Shown: piece after piece, positions 1-7,387 of the stretch
Position numbering within the stretch: position 1 is the stretch's first letter
Layout of the letters: the number at the start of each line of letters is the position of its first letter
NCBI GenBank assembly: GCA_049424145.1
Contig: JBMSSC010000090.1
Span: 1-11,749 of the forward strand
Direction of reading: 5' to 3'
Length of the DNA: 11,749 nt
From: Bdellovibrionia bacterium
GTDB taxonomy: Bacteria > Bdellovibrionota > UBA1018
Translations under genes and position numbers: made by a program
The notes under the pieces: model-generated
Told to the model about the DNA's origin: nothing
The model's input: only the letters and a program-made list of their open reading frames with translations
Databases searched by the model: none

Positions 1-385
1 ACCCGTGGCTGGGAAAAGAAAAGCAGAGCTTCTCTCCCAAGCCAAAGCGTTCATTTTTCCCATTCTTTGGCCTGAACCCTTTGGCTTAGTCGTAGCTGAG
101 GCCTTGATGTCAGGGACTCCCGTGCTTGCCTTCAAGCGAGGCAGTCTTCCTGAACTTGTGACTCAAGACGTGGGTCGCTTGTTTGAAACCGAGCAGGAGT
201 GGGTGGAATACTTGAGGGAAGACCGAATCGAGTTTGACCCCGAGGCCTGTCGTGTTTCTGCAATGAAGCGATTTCATTATTCTCAGATGGCGCAACACTA
301 CGAAGTCGTCTATGACCGAGTGATTCGTGGAGAAAAACTCAACTCCACTGTTCCCGTGGGGGGAGACTGGAGACTTCAAACATGA
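1..385 (+). CDS. Glycosyltransferase family 4 (GT-B) protein, C-terminal part; 5' end lies outside the window
   Basis: Translation has 'AFIFPILWPEPFGLVVAEALMSGTPVLAFKRGSLPELV', the GT4 E-x-F-G-x4-E-A...G-x-P-V motif. The frame is open to the window edge, and its TGA overlaps the purB ATG (ATGA 382-385). Confidence 0.9.
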   Translation, partial: PVAGKRKAELLSQAKAFIFPILWPEPFGLVVAEALMSGTPVLAFKRGSLPELVTQDVGRLFETEQEWVEYLREDRIEFDPEACRVSAMKRFHYSQMAQHYEVVYDRVIRGEKLNSTVPVGGDWRLQT

Positions 386-1695
386 TTGCACGCTACTCGC
401 GCCCGGAGATGGCTTTCATTTGGACGGATCAACATAAGTACAGCCTTTGGCTTCAAGTGGAGCTTGCCGTCTGTCACCAAATGGCAGCTCAGGGATTAAT
501 CTCTCAAAAAGACTGGAAGCAGCTTGAAAAAAAATGCAACGCCTTACTCAAAAAAGGGGGCCCTGACCCAAAGAAGATCGATGAACTTGAGGCCGTTACT
601 CGACATGATGTAATTGCTTTTACTACGGCTGTGGCTCAAGAAATTGGATCGGTGTCTCGCTTCATTCACTTTGGTTTGACTTCCTCGGACGTGGTGGATA
701 CCGCCCTCTGTCTGGCCTTAGGACAAGCAGGTGAGATTCTCCTAGCCGACGTCGAAGCATTGCTGAAGACTCTAAAAAAACAGGCTCAAAAGTTTAAAAG
801 ACTACCCACTATGGGTCGTTCTCATGGAATTTTTGCCGAACCCACTAGCTTTGGCCTGAAGTTCTTAGGCTGGCACGCCGAATGGAAAAGAAATCGTGCC
901 CGCCTTCAAGCCTCCTTAGAGCAACTCCGCGTGGGGAAACTCTCAGGCGCTGTGGGTGTGAATCCACACTGGGGGCCTGAGTTTGAGGAAAGGGTCCTAG
1001 GACGCCTCAGGCTTAAGCGCGAGCCCGTCAGTACCCAGGTGATTCCGCGGGATCGACATGCTGAGCTCCTCAGTACATTTGCCATTCTGGGCGCGTCGCT
1101 TGAGAGAATTGCTGTGGAGCTGAGGCACCTGCAACGTTCGGAAGTAGGCGAGGTGTCCGAAGGGTTTCACCCCGGGCAAAAAGGCTCCAGTGCTATGCCG
1201 CATAAGAAAAATCCGATTTCCTCAGAAAACATCACTGGCTGCGCTCGACTCCTGCGTTCCTACGCTCAAGCCGCGTTAGAAAATGTCGCGCTCTGGCATG
1301 AGCGGGACATCAGTCATTCCTCCGTGGAACGCGTCATTCTCCCCGATGCGACGTTGATTCTGAACTACGCCTTAAATCGCATGCGTCAGGTGCTGGAGGA
1401 TCTGCAAGTGCATACGGAGAGCATTCATCAAAACCTCAATGAAGCATCTCCGGCTGTTTTCTCAGGGCATTTTTTGTTGGAGCTCGTGAAGGCGGGAGCA
1501 ACTCGCGAGCAGGCCTACCTTTGGGTTCAGGATTGTTCTCATCGAGCCCTAGCTGGTCAGGGAGTTTTTGTCGATCTTATGACGCAGAAAAAAGAAGTCC
1601 GAGCTCTTTTGACTGAAAAAAAGATTCGTGAGCTAGGATCTCTTCAGTACCAGCTTCGGCACGTGGATCAGATTTTTCAAATGTCGGAGAAGTGA
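382..1695 (+). CDS. purB: Adenylosuccinate lyase
   Basis: N-terminus MIARYSRPEM, TRHDV, HFGLTSSDVVDTA, MGRSHG, fumarase/lyase signature GSSAMPHKKNPISSE and LWHERDISHSSVER; 437 aa is a typical length. Confidence 0.97.
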   Translation: MIARYSRPEMAFIWTDQHKYSLWLQVELAVCHQMAAQGLISQKDWKQLEKKCNALLKKGGPDPKKIDELEAVTRHDVIAFTTAVAQEIGSVSRFIHFGLTSSDVVDTALCLALGQAGEILLADVEALLKTLKKQAQKFKRLPTMGRSHGIFAEPTSFGLKFLGWHAEWKRNRARLQASLEQLRVGKLSGAVGVNPHWGPEFEERVLGRLRLKREPVSTQVIPRDRHAELLSTFAILGASLERIAVELRHLQRSEVGEVSEGFHPGQKGSSAMPHKKNPISSENITGCARLLRSYAQAALENVALWHERDISHSSVERVILPDATLILNYALNRMRQVLEDLQVHTESIHQNLNEASPAVFSGHFLLELVKAGATREQAYLWVQDCSHRALAGQGVFVDLMTQKKEVRALLTEKKIRELGSLQYQLRHVDQIFQMSEK

Positions 1696-1769
1696 ACGCA
1701 GTGAATCTCTGGCTCACGAGTCAAAGGGTCGAAATAGCTAGATCATTAAGCCTTTGGTTCATTTGCGCC

Positions 1770-2237
1770 TTAATCTGACGTCAGAACGGAGCTGAATCCT
1801 GAAATCAGAGTCACCTGACTGGACTCAGGAACTGAGGCCGGGGATCTCGGTAGAGTGAACTGCGTGGGGGATGGAGTCCCTTCGTCAACTGAAAGAGCGG
1901 CTACAGGCTCCCCGATACTTGCTATCACGCTGACCCCAGGATCGTTACTGGTTGTGGGGGATGGCCCCTTGGCAAAGCCTCCGCCTGAAGTAATAAACGC
2001 TTCGGCTGAGACCTGTGGAGGCCCTTGAATGGCCCCATTGGAGCTTCTTCTTAAATTTCGGATATCGGCAACGGAGTCCGGATCGACCGTCGACATACAG
2101 CCCGGGCTGGCTAAAATTAAAACCAGGCCCAAGGGCAAAGTTAAGGTTTCCCAAAATCGAGTGAATTTCCTGGCTCTGATCCATGAAGCAAGAGAATCGC
2201 GATCTCTTCGGACTGAGTGAGAAAGAAAGGGGTTCAT
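1770..2237 (-). CDS. Hypothetical exported protein, probable lipoprotein
   Basis: 155 aa ORF with a basic N-region, hydrophobic LTLPLGLVLILA and SPG-C47 (lipobox-like, imperfect). The mature part is Ser/Pro/Gly-rich with SGGG...SIGEP...LISGF. A near-consensus promoter lies directly upstream. Confidence 0.65.
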   Translation of the reverse strand: MNPFLSHSVRRDRDSLASWIRARKFTRFWETLTLPLGLVLILASPGCMSTVDPDSVADIRNLRRSSNGAIQGPPQVSAEAFITSGGGFAKGPSPTTSNDPGVSVIASIGEPVAALSVDEGTPSPTQFTLPRSPASVPESSQVTLISGFSSVLTSD

Positions 2238-2243
2238 TCTTTT

Positions 2244-2272
2244 ATTATCTGACTAAATTAGTCAGATGTCAA
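2244..2272 (-). promoter_or_regulatory. Sigma70-type promoter for the 1770..2237 gene
   Basis: Minus strand reads TTGACA (2272-2267), 17 nt spacer, GATAAT (2249-2244), 6 nt, ATG (2237). Confidence 0.75.
2247..2267. promoter_or_regulatory. Perfect palindrome, candidate operator
   Basis: ATCTGACTAA-A-TTAGTCAGAT: perfect 10 bp inverted repeat with a 1 nt centre, filling the -35/-10 spacer. Confidence 0.7.
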
Positions 2273-2350
2273 AACTAAAAGAATGAATGGATCGAGTTGA
2301 GATTTCAGGTCTCGAGCTCTCTGAAGTAATTGAAATCGTGAGTCTTTTTT

Positions 2351-2965
2351 TTAAGGTTTGGCTGGGGGTTCCACTTTTCCCATGAAATCATCGGAGTGGA
2401 CCACGCCCAGGGTGCTGCTATCGAGAGTTCCATGTGAGATGGCAGAGAAGATGATGTGGGTTTTCGGTTGCAGGACCCCCTTCATCGAGTTTTCGTACAG
2501 ACTGAGTAGTGGGTTGGCCTGTCCTCCAAAAGACAGGGGCTCTTTTTGTGTGGCATCGGTGACGGGCTTCCCATTGATCAGTAAATTCCAGGCCTGCCCA
2601 CTTTTGTCGCGCACGAGTTTAAACTGATCCCCTGGAAGTCCTTTGATGATTCGTGGAACCGGAGGACGTTCAGTGTGATACCGGTAGTAAACTACCTCAT
2701 CCCGCTTGGAAGGATTGCAGCGGTACCAATTTCGGATCACTTTATACTTTTGTCCAGGCTCAATGACGCCTTTCATGGTGGCATCTTTTTGCTCGACTTC
2801 CTCTTCAGGGTACTGGGTGTTTGCGTTGCATCCTTCAGACTGCACCTGATGAAGGGATGAGTTGTCTTGCTGAGAGTGCCTTTTTTGAAGGAGGAGTAAA
2901 AAAATCAAGGTGACCAATCCAAATGCACCGAGTCCAATGAGGTGAGGTTTTTTAAATTTAAGCAT
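2351..2965 (-). CDS. Signal peptidase I (S26)-like membrane-anchored protein with degenerate catalytic motifs
   Basis: One N-terminal TM segment, then S26 boxes in order: B 'DATMKGVIEPGQ', C 'KRDEVVY', D 'PRIIKGLPGD', 'LLINGKPV', E 'SAISHGTLDSSTLGVV...MGKV'. Confidence 0.8.
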   Translation of the reverse strand: MLKFKKPHLIGLGAFGLVTLIFLLLLQKRHSQQDNSSLHQVQSEGCNANTQYPEEEVEQKDATMKGVIEPGQKYKVIRNWYRCNPSKRDEVVYYRYHTERPPVPRIIKGLPGDQFKLVRDKSGQAWNLLINGKPVTDATQKEPLSFGGQANPLLSLYENSMKGVLQPKTHIIFSAISHGTLDSSTLGVVHSDDFMGKVEPPAKP

Positions 2966-3103
2966 AGTTAAAGTTTAATTAAAAAAATATTAGATGAAAA
3001 CTGAAAAGTTCGGTACTTTGGAAGAGAGGGATGAACAACTCTGCGTATAAGAACCCATAGCGCAGTTAGGCGAGCAGAAGAGAAGTCTGTTCAGTTGATC
3101 ATA

Positions 3104-3127
3104 CGATCTTGCGATCCTGCGATCCTG
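3104..3127 (+). repeat. 8 bp tandem repeat, 3 copies
   Basis: CGATCTTG CGATCCTG CGATCCTG read directly from the sequence. Confidence 0.8.
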
Positions 3128-3167
3128 ACTCTTGGTTCGTCTGAGTTTTCGTTCATCAGAGGATTCT

Positions 3168-3446
3168 ATGCGTGATGCAAGTCCATCCATTCAGGCGAGT
3201 CTTGGGAACGGAAAGCAGCAGGCGTCTTTGATTCAAAAGGTTCGATCCAAGACTTGGTTTTTTCTTAAAGATGACACCGCGCAAGCCACTACGGAATACA
3301 TCATGCTCCTGTCGATCTCAGTTGGAATTTTTCTGACACTCAGGAAAATTCTCCAACCCGTTATGACACGTCTGGTCAAGGGATTGAGTGCTCAGATCAC
3401 TCAGACCTTCAGTTCGAATCTCCATCATTTTAGGATCCCGCGTTAA
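3168..3446 (+). CDS. Flp/Fap-like (Tad type IV) pilin with class III signal peptide
   Basis: ATG 3168 follows AGAGGA (3158-3163). 'FLKDDTA|QATTEYIMLLSISVGIFL' places Glu at +5 and Tyr at +6 before a hydrophobic run, as in the Flp motif. Predicted mature length is about 54 aa. Confidence 0.7.
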   Translation: MRDASPSIQASLGNGKQQASLIQKVRSKTWFFLKDDTAQATTEYIMLLSISVGIFLTLRKILQPVMTRLVKGLSAQITQTFSSNLHHFRIPR

Positions 3447-3648
3447 AGAATCGCCTCTCAAAGAGTTGGACACCCAGACGTTTTGCCTGATATGCTGCGC
3501 GAAATTTGAAGTAAAATGCAGTTTTCTTCTGAGACACGAGTCTTGGGATCATTGCAAAATGACGCCAAATGACTCAACCTAAATCGGAAAACCGGCCCAA
3601 TTGAGAAGGGCTCGTCTCTCAGACGTTTAATCCTGGCGAGGGCATTGT

Positions 3649-5895
3649 ATGAGTACTCAAGAACTAGCAACTGGCTCATTTCGGCTGTCATGTCATTCTG
3701 AAGATCCCACCTTTCATCGCAGCGGGGTGCGTTTATGGACCCTGACGTTTGATATGAAGGGTGAGAAGGTGAATAAATTAAATCAAACGGTTGCAGCCGA
3801 GGTTGAAACCCTTTTGAGCCGCTTAGAGGAGCTGGGAAAAGATGGGCAAGTCGATGCCCTCGTTCTGCTCTCCGGTAAACCAGGGAATTTTATTGCTGGG
3901 GCAGACATTGAGATGATTCGTCGAGCGAAGTCATCCGAAGAAGCCACGACCTTGTCGCTTGAGGGTCAACGCCTCATGAATCGCTGGGAAGATTTGCCGT
4001 TTCCCACCGTGGCTGGAATTGAGGGAGCAGCACTGGGCGGGGGATGTGAGTTTGCTCTAGCTTGCAGTGCCATGGTCATGTCGGAAAACCCCTCTGCAAA
4101 GGTGGGGCTTCCCGAAGTCATGCTCGGTCTCATTCCCGGTAGTGGAGGCACGATCCGACTTCCTCGGAAGATTGGACTGACTTCAGCCCTGGATCTCATT
4201 CTCACAGGAAAATCCCTCTCCGGTTCCAAGGCCTTGAAATTGGGTCTCATCGAAGCCCTTTTGCCTAAGGAAAACTTCACTCAATCCGTCCTTCTTTGGA
4301 CAGCAAAGAACCTGGAGTCGCTTCGTTCCCACCAAAGGCTGGCAAGACCTCCGATCTTAGGCGGGATGGGGGGATGGGCAGGCTCCCTGCTGGAGAGTAA
4401 CCCGGTGTTTCGACGCGTGGTTCTTCAAAAAGCACGACAGCAAATCCTCGCCAAAACTCAAGGGCATTACCCCGCTCCGCTTGAGGCCCTTGCCGTGATT
4501 CAAAAGACCTCAGGATGCTTTGGAGATCGCTTATCTGGGAAAGCCCGCGACGAAGCCATGAGAAAAGAAGCTCAAAGCTTTGGTCAGCTGGCCATGACCG
4601 AAGTCTCCAAGAACCTGATTCGACTCTTCTTCCTCACTGAGGGAGTGAAAAAATCAAACGGTCTGATCTCCGGTAAGTCCATGGCAGAGCACCCCATTCA
4701 TTCAGCGGGTGTTTTAGGAGCAGGGGTCATGGGGGGAGGCATTGCTCAGCTTTTTGCTGAAAAAAACATTCAAGTTCGCATGAAGGATTTAAACACCAAG
4801 GCCCTCTCCTTAGGGGTTGCCAGTGCGAATGAGATTTTCAAAAAGCAGGTGAAGAAGAAAAAAATCACCCCCCGAGAAGCCCTGCAGAAGCTAGGAAGAA
4901 TCGCACCCGTTTTGGATTACTCGGGTTTCCTTCAGGCGGACCTCGTGGTGGAGGCAGTGGTTGAAAACCTCGAGGTGAAGAAAAAAGTCCTAGCGGAACT
5001 TGAGACGCAAGTCTCTCAGGACTGTATCCTTGCATCCAATACCTCCTCGCTTTCAATCACGGAGATGCAGAAGCACTTGAAGTTTCCCGAGCGAGTCATC
5101 GGGATGCACTTTTTTAACCCGGTCTCAAAAATGCCGCTGATTGAGGTGATTCGTGGTCAGCAGACTTCCGACTCGGTGGTTTCAGCTGTCTTTCAGCTCA
5201 GTAAAGCATTGGGAAAAACCCCCATTGTGGTTCAAGATGCTCCTGGATTTTTAGTGAATCGACTTTTAATGCCGTACTTAAACGAGGCGGTCTTACTGTT
5301 TGCGCAAGGCGTGCCGATTCCCGAGCTGGATCAGGCTCTGCTTCGTTTTGGAATGCCCATGGGTCCCATGGAGCTCATCGATGAGGTGGGGGTCGATGTG
5401 GGAGCGAAAGTTTCGCATATCCTGAACGCTGCTTTTGGTTCTCGCATGGAACCCTCTCCGCTGAACTCCAGCATCGTTGCAGCCGGACGCTTAGGGAAGA
5501 AAACTGGCAAAGGATTTTACGAGTATGAAGGACCCACACGCAAAAAAGTCTTCAATGATGAGATTTATACGATCCTAGGAGTGACTCCTCAGCCCGGCAA
5601 AGTCAGCGAGGAGGAGCTGGTTGAACGGTGTCTTTTACCTATGATCAATGAAGCTGCTCGTTGTTTAGAAGAGGGCGTGGTGGCTACCCCTGAGGAAGTG
5701 GATCTGGGAATGATCATGGGCACCGGGTTTCCTCCATTCCGGGGAGGCCTGCTTCGCTACGCCGACTCACTGGGGATGAAGAACTTGGTGAATCGCCTCA
5801 GGCACTTAGAAACTCAACTGGGGTCTCGATTTGAGCCCGCCCCAAGTTTGAAGGATCGCGCGGAGGTTGAGCAAAACTTCTATGCCCAAGGCTAA
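3649..5895 (+). CDS. fadJ: Fatty acid oxidation complex alpha subunit (enoyl-CoA hydratase / 3-hydroxyacyl-CoA dehydrogenase), FadJ/FadB family
   Basis: Crotonase motifs FIAGADI, ALGGGCE and PEVMLGLIPGSGGT; Rossmann GVLGAGVMGGGIA; ASNTSSL, GMHFFNP, PGFLVNR, PMGP, GTGFPPFRGG. GAGGG lies upstream of the ATG. The fadJ versus fadB choice is by resemblance only. Confidence 0.93.
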   Translation: MSTQELATGSFRLSCHSEDPTFHRSGVRLWTLTFDMKGEKVNKLNQTVAAEVETLLSRLEELGKDGQVDALVLLSGKPGNFIAGADIEMIRRAKSSEEATTLSLEGQRLMNRWEDLPFPTVAGIEGAALGGGCEFALACSAMVMSENPSAKVGLPEVMLGLIPGSGGTIRLPRKIGLTSALDLILTGKSLSGSKALKLGLIEALLPKENFTQSVLLWTAKNLESLRSHQRLARPPILGGMGGWAGSLLESNPVFRRVVLQKARQQILAKTQGHYPAPLEALAVIQKTSGCFGDRLSGKARDEAMRKEAQSFGQLAMTEVSKNLIRLFFLTEGVKKSNGLISGKSMAEHPIHSAGVLGAGVMGGGIAQLFAEKNIQVRMKDLNTKALSLGVASANEIFKKQVKKKKITPREALQKLGRIAPVLDYSGFLQADLVVEAVVENLEVKKKVLAELETQVSQDCILASNTSSLSITEMQKHLKFPERVIGMHFFNPVSKMPLIEVIRGQQTSDSVVSAVFQLSKALGKTPIVVQDAPGFLVNRLLMPYLNEAVLLFAQGVPIPELDQALLRFGMPMGPMELIDEVGVDVGAKVSHILNAAFGSRMEPSPLNSSIVAAGRLGKKTGKGFYEYEGPTRKKVFNDEIYTILGVTPQPGKVSEEELVERCLLPMINEAARCLEEGVVATPEEVDLGMIMGTGFPPFRGGLLRYADSLGMKNLVNRLRHLETQLGSRFEPAPSLKDRAEVEQNFYAQG

Positions 5896-7231
5896 GACTC
5901 AGACCCAAGCTTTTCAAACAAGTGCTCTGGCTCAGCTCTGGAGAAAGCCCTGGGTCTCCTGGGTGGGGTTTCGTTACTTGAAGTCCAAGCAGAACTCGAG
6001 CTTCTTAAGCTTCATTACCTTACTCTCCATTTTGGGTGTGGGCTTGGGTGTCACGGCCATGATTGTCGTTCTTTCTGTGATGGATGGGTTTGAATCGGAG
6101 TTGAAAAAAAGGATGATGTCATCCCAATTGCATGTCCTCATTCAACCCACTGTGAAGCTGCCTGAGTTTCAGCGTGGCTTTGTGCCAGAACAGATCATGC
6201 CCATCCGAGCGCTTCAAAAGCTTGCTGATCCGCGATTTCAGGCAGAGGTTTCACCTGTCGTATCCACTGAGGCGATTCTTAAGGTAGGAAGAAAAGTCAG
6301 TGGAGTGGTTTTAAAGGGCGTCGGTCCCGAGCGTTTGAAGACCTTAAAATCCCAGGTGGTGGAGGAGGCTGATTCATCGGATCTCGAGCCTCAGTCTCAA
6401 AAGCTCGAAGGCAATTCTCAGCCTCAGATCAAGCAAGAAGAGCAGCTCCAGGGTCTGTGGGTGGGACAAGAGTTGGCCTACGAACTGAGTCTTCTTCCTG
6501 GAGATGCGGTTTCCTTGATCTCTCCTACTGAGTTTGAAGGGCCCATCGAAGGGGTCCCTCGAATTAAACGCTACCGAGTGGAGGGCGTCTACCACTCGGG
6601 GCTTCCTGAACAAGAGCTGCATACGGTTTACTCGTCTGCCGCGTTAGTTCACTCGTTTTTAAAAAAAAATCACGTCCTCTCACAATGGGAAATCTCTTTG
6701 CCTGATTTTTCTCAAGCTCCTCTGTTAGCTCATGAACTCAGAGCTTTACTCCCTGGCTTTAAAGTCCAGGACTGGGTTCAGATGAATTCTCATCTTTTTG
6801 CCTCGTTGCGGCTGGAACGATTAGCCATGTTTGTTTGTCTAGCATTCATCATTGTGGTGGCTTCATTTAATATTGTGACGACTTTAACCCTGATGGTCTT
6901 GGAGAAAAAAAGAGAGATCTCGATTTTAAAAGCCATGGGAGCAAAAAACGCAGAGGTGGCCGGGATTTTCCTAGGAGAAGGATTATTTATTGGGGGGATT
7001 GGAGTAGGGGGGGGAGTGGTTCTAGGTTGGCTTCTGTGTATTTTGTTAAAACGTTATGAGTTTATTAGCTTGCCTGAGATTTACTATGATCGCACCCTGC
7101 CCGTGACTTTCGAGCTGAAGTATTATTTAGCGGTGACTGCGGTAGCTTTTTTCATTGTCTTAGGAGCGTGTCTTTATCCGAGTCGGAGGGCTGCTGAGCT
7201 GAATCCCATTGACGGAATTCGCTTTGGGTAG
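5882..7231 (+). CDS. Lipoprotein-releasing ABC transporter permease (LolC/E/F; MacB/FtsX family); start may instead be TTG 5867
   Basis: RYLKSK...FLSFITLLSILGVGLGVTAMIVVLSVMDGFE, IIVVASFNIVTTLTLMVLEKKREISILKAMGA and YPSRRAAELNPIDGIRF are characteristic LolC/E segments. It overlaps the fadJ stop. Confidence 0.92.
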   Translation: MPKAKTQTQAFQTSALAQLWRKPWVSWVGFRYLKSKQNSSFLSFITLLSILGVGLGVTAMIVVLSVMDGFESELKKRMMSSQLHVLIQPTVKLPEFQRGFVPEQIMPIRALQKLADPRFQAEVSPVVSTEAILKVGRKVSGVVLKGVGPERLKTLKSQVVEEADSSDLEPQSQKLEGNSQPQIKQEEQLQGLWVGQELAYELSLLPGDAVSLISPTEFEGPIEGVPRIKRYRVEGVYHSGLPEQELHTVYSSAALVHSFLKKNHVLSQWEISLPDFSQAPLLAHELRALLPGFKVQDWVQMNSHLFASLRLERLAMFVCLAFIIVVASFNIVTTLTLMVLEKKREISILKAMGAKNAEVAGIFLGEGLFIGGIGVGGGVVLGWLLCILLKRYEFISLPEIYYDRTLPVTFELKYYLAVTAVAFFIVLGACLYPSRRAAELNPIDGIRFG

Positions 7232-7272
7232 TCTCAGGATCGAAATCATTTCCCAAGGAGAGCTCGGTTGGT

Positions 7273-7358
7273 TGACGTCCTCCCCGATTCTCGGATGAAG
7301 TGACTCATGGTTTGAGACCTCAACATCCGAGACTCAGGGAGTAGAGAGAAGAACGTCA
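7273..7358. other. Long nested inverted repeat between convergent genes
   Basis: 7280-7297 pairs with 7324-7341 (perfect core TCTCGGATG/CATCCGAGA), enclosed by TGACGT (7273-7278) and ACGTCA (7353-7358). Confidence 0.6.
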
Positions 7359-7387
7359 TACCTAGGGCGGGATGAACCTGGCTAGGC

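Noticed and set aside
1697..1767. Imperfect hairpin between convergent purB and the lipoprotein gene
   Set aside because: Stems are short and bulged with no U-tract; not distinguishable from chance by eye.
3031..3060. Nine-codon ORF MNNSAYKNP as a leader peptide
   Set aside because: No spacing between the purine run and the ATG, no amino-acid run typical of attenuators, and no terminator after it.
3633..3648. TGGC-N7-TTGT sigma54-like motif before fadJ
   Set aside because: The invariant -12 GC is absent and the motif overlaps the RBS and start codon.
7007..7014. G8 tract in the lolC/E gene as a phase-variation site
   Set aside because: It encodes a Gly-rich TM segment of a normally essential gene, and the frame is intact.
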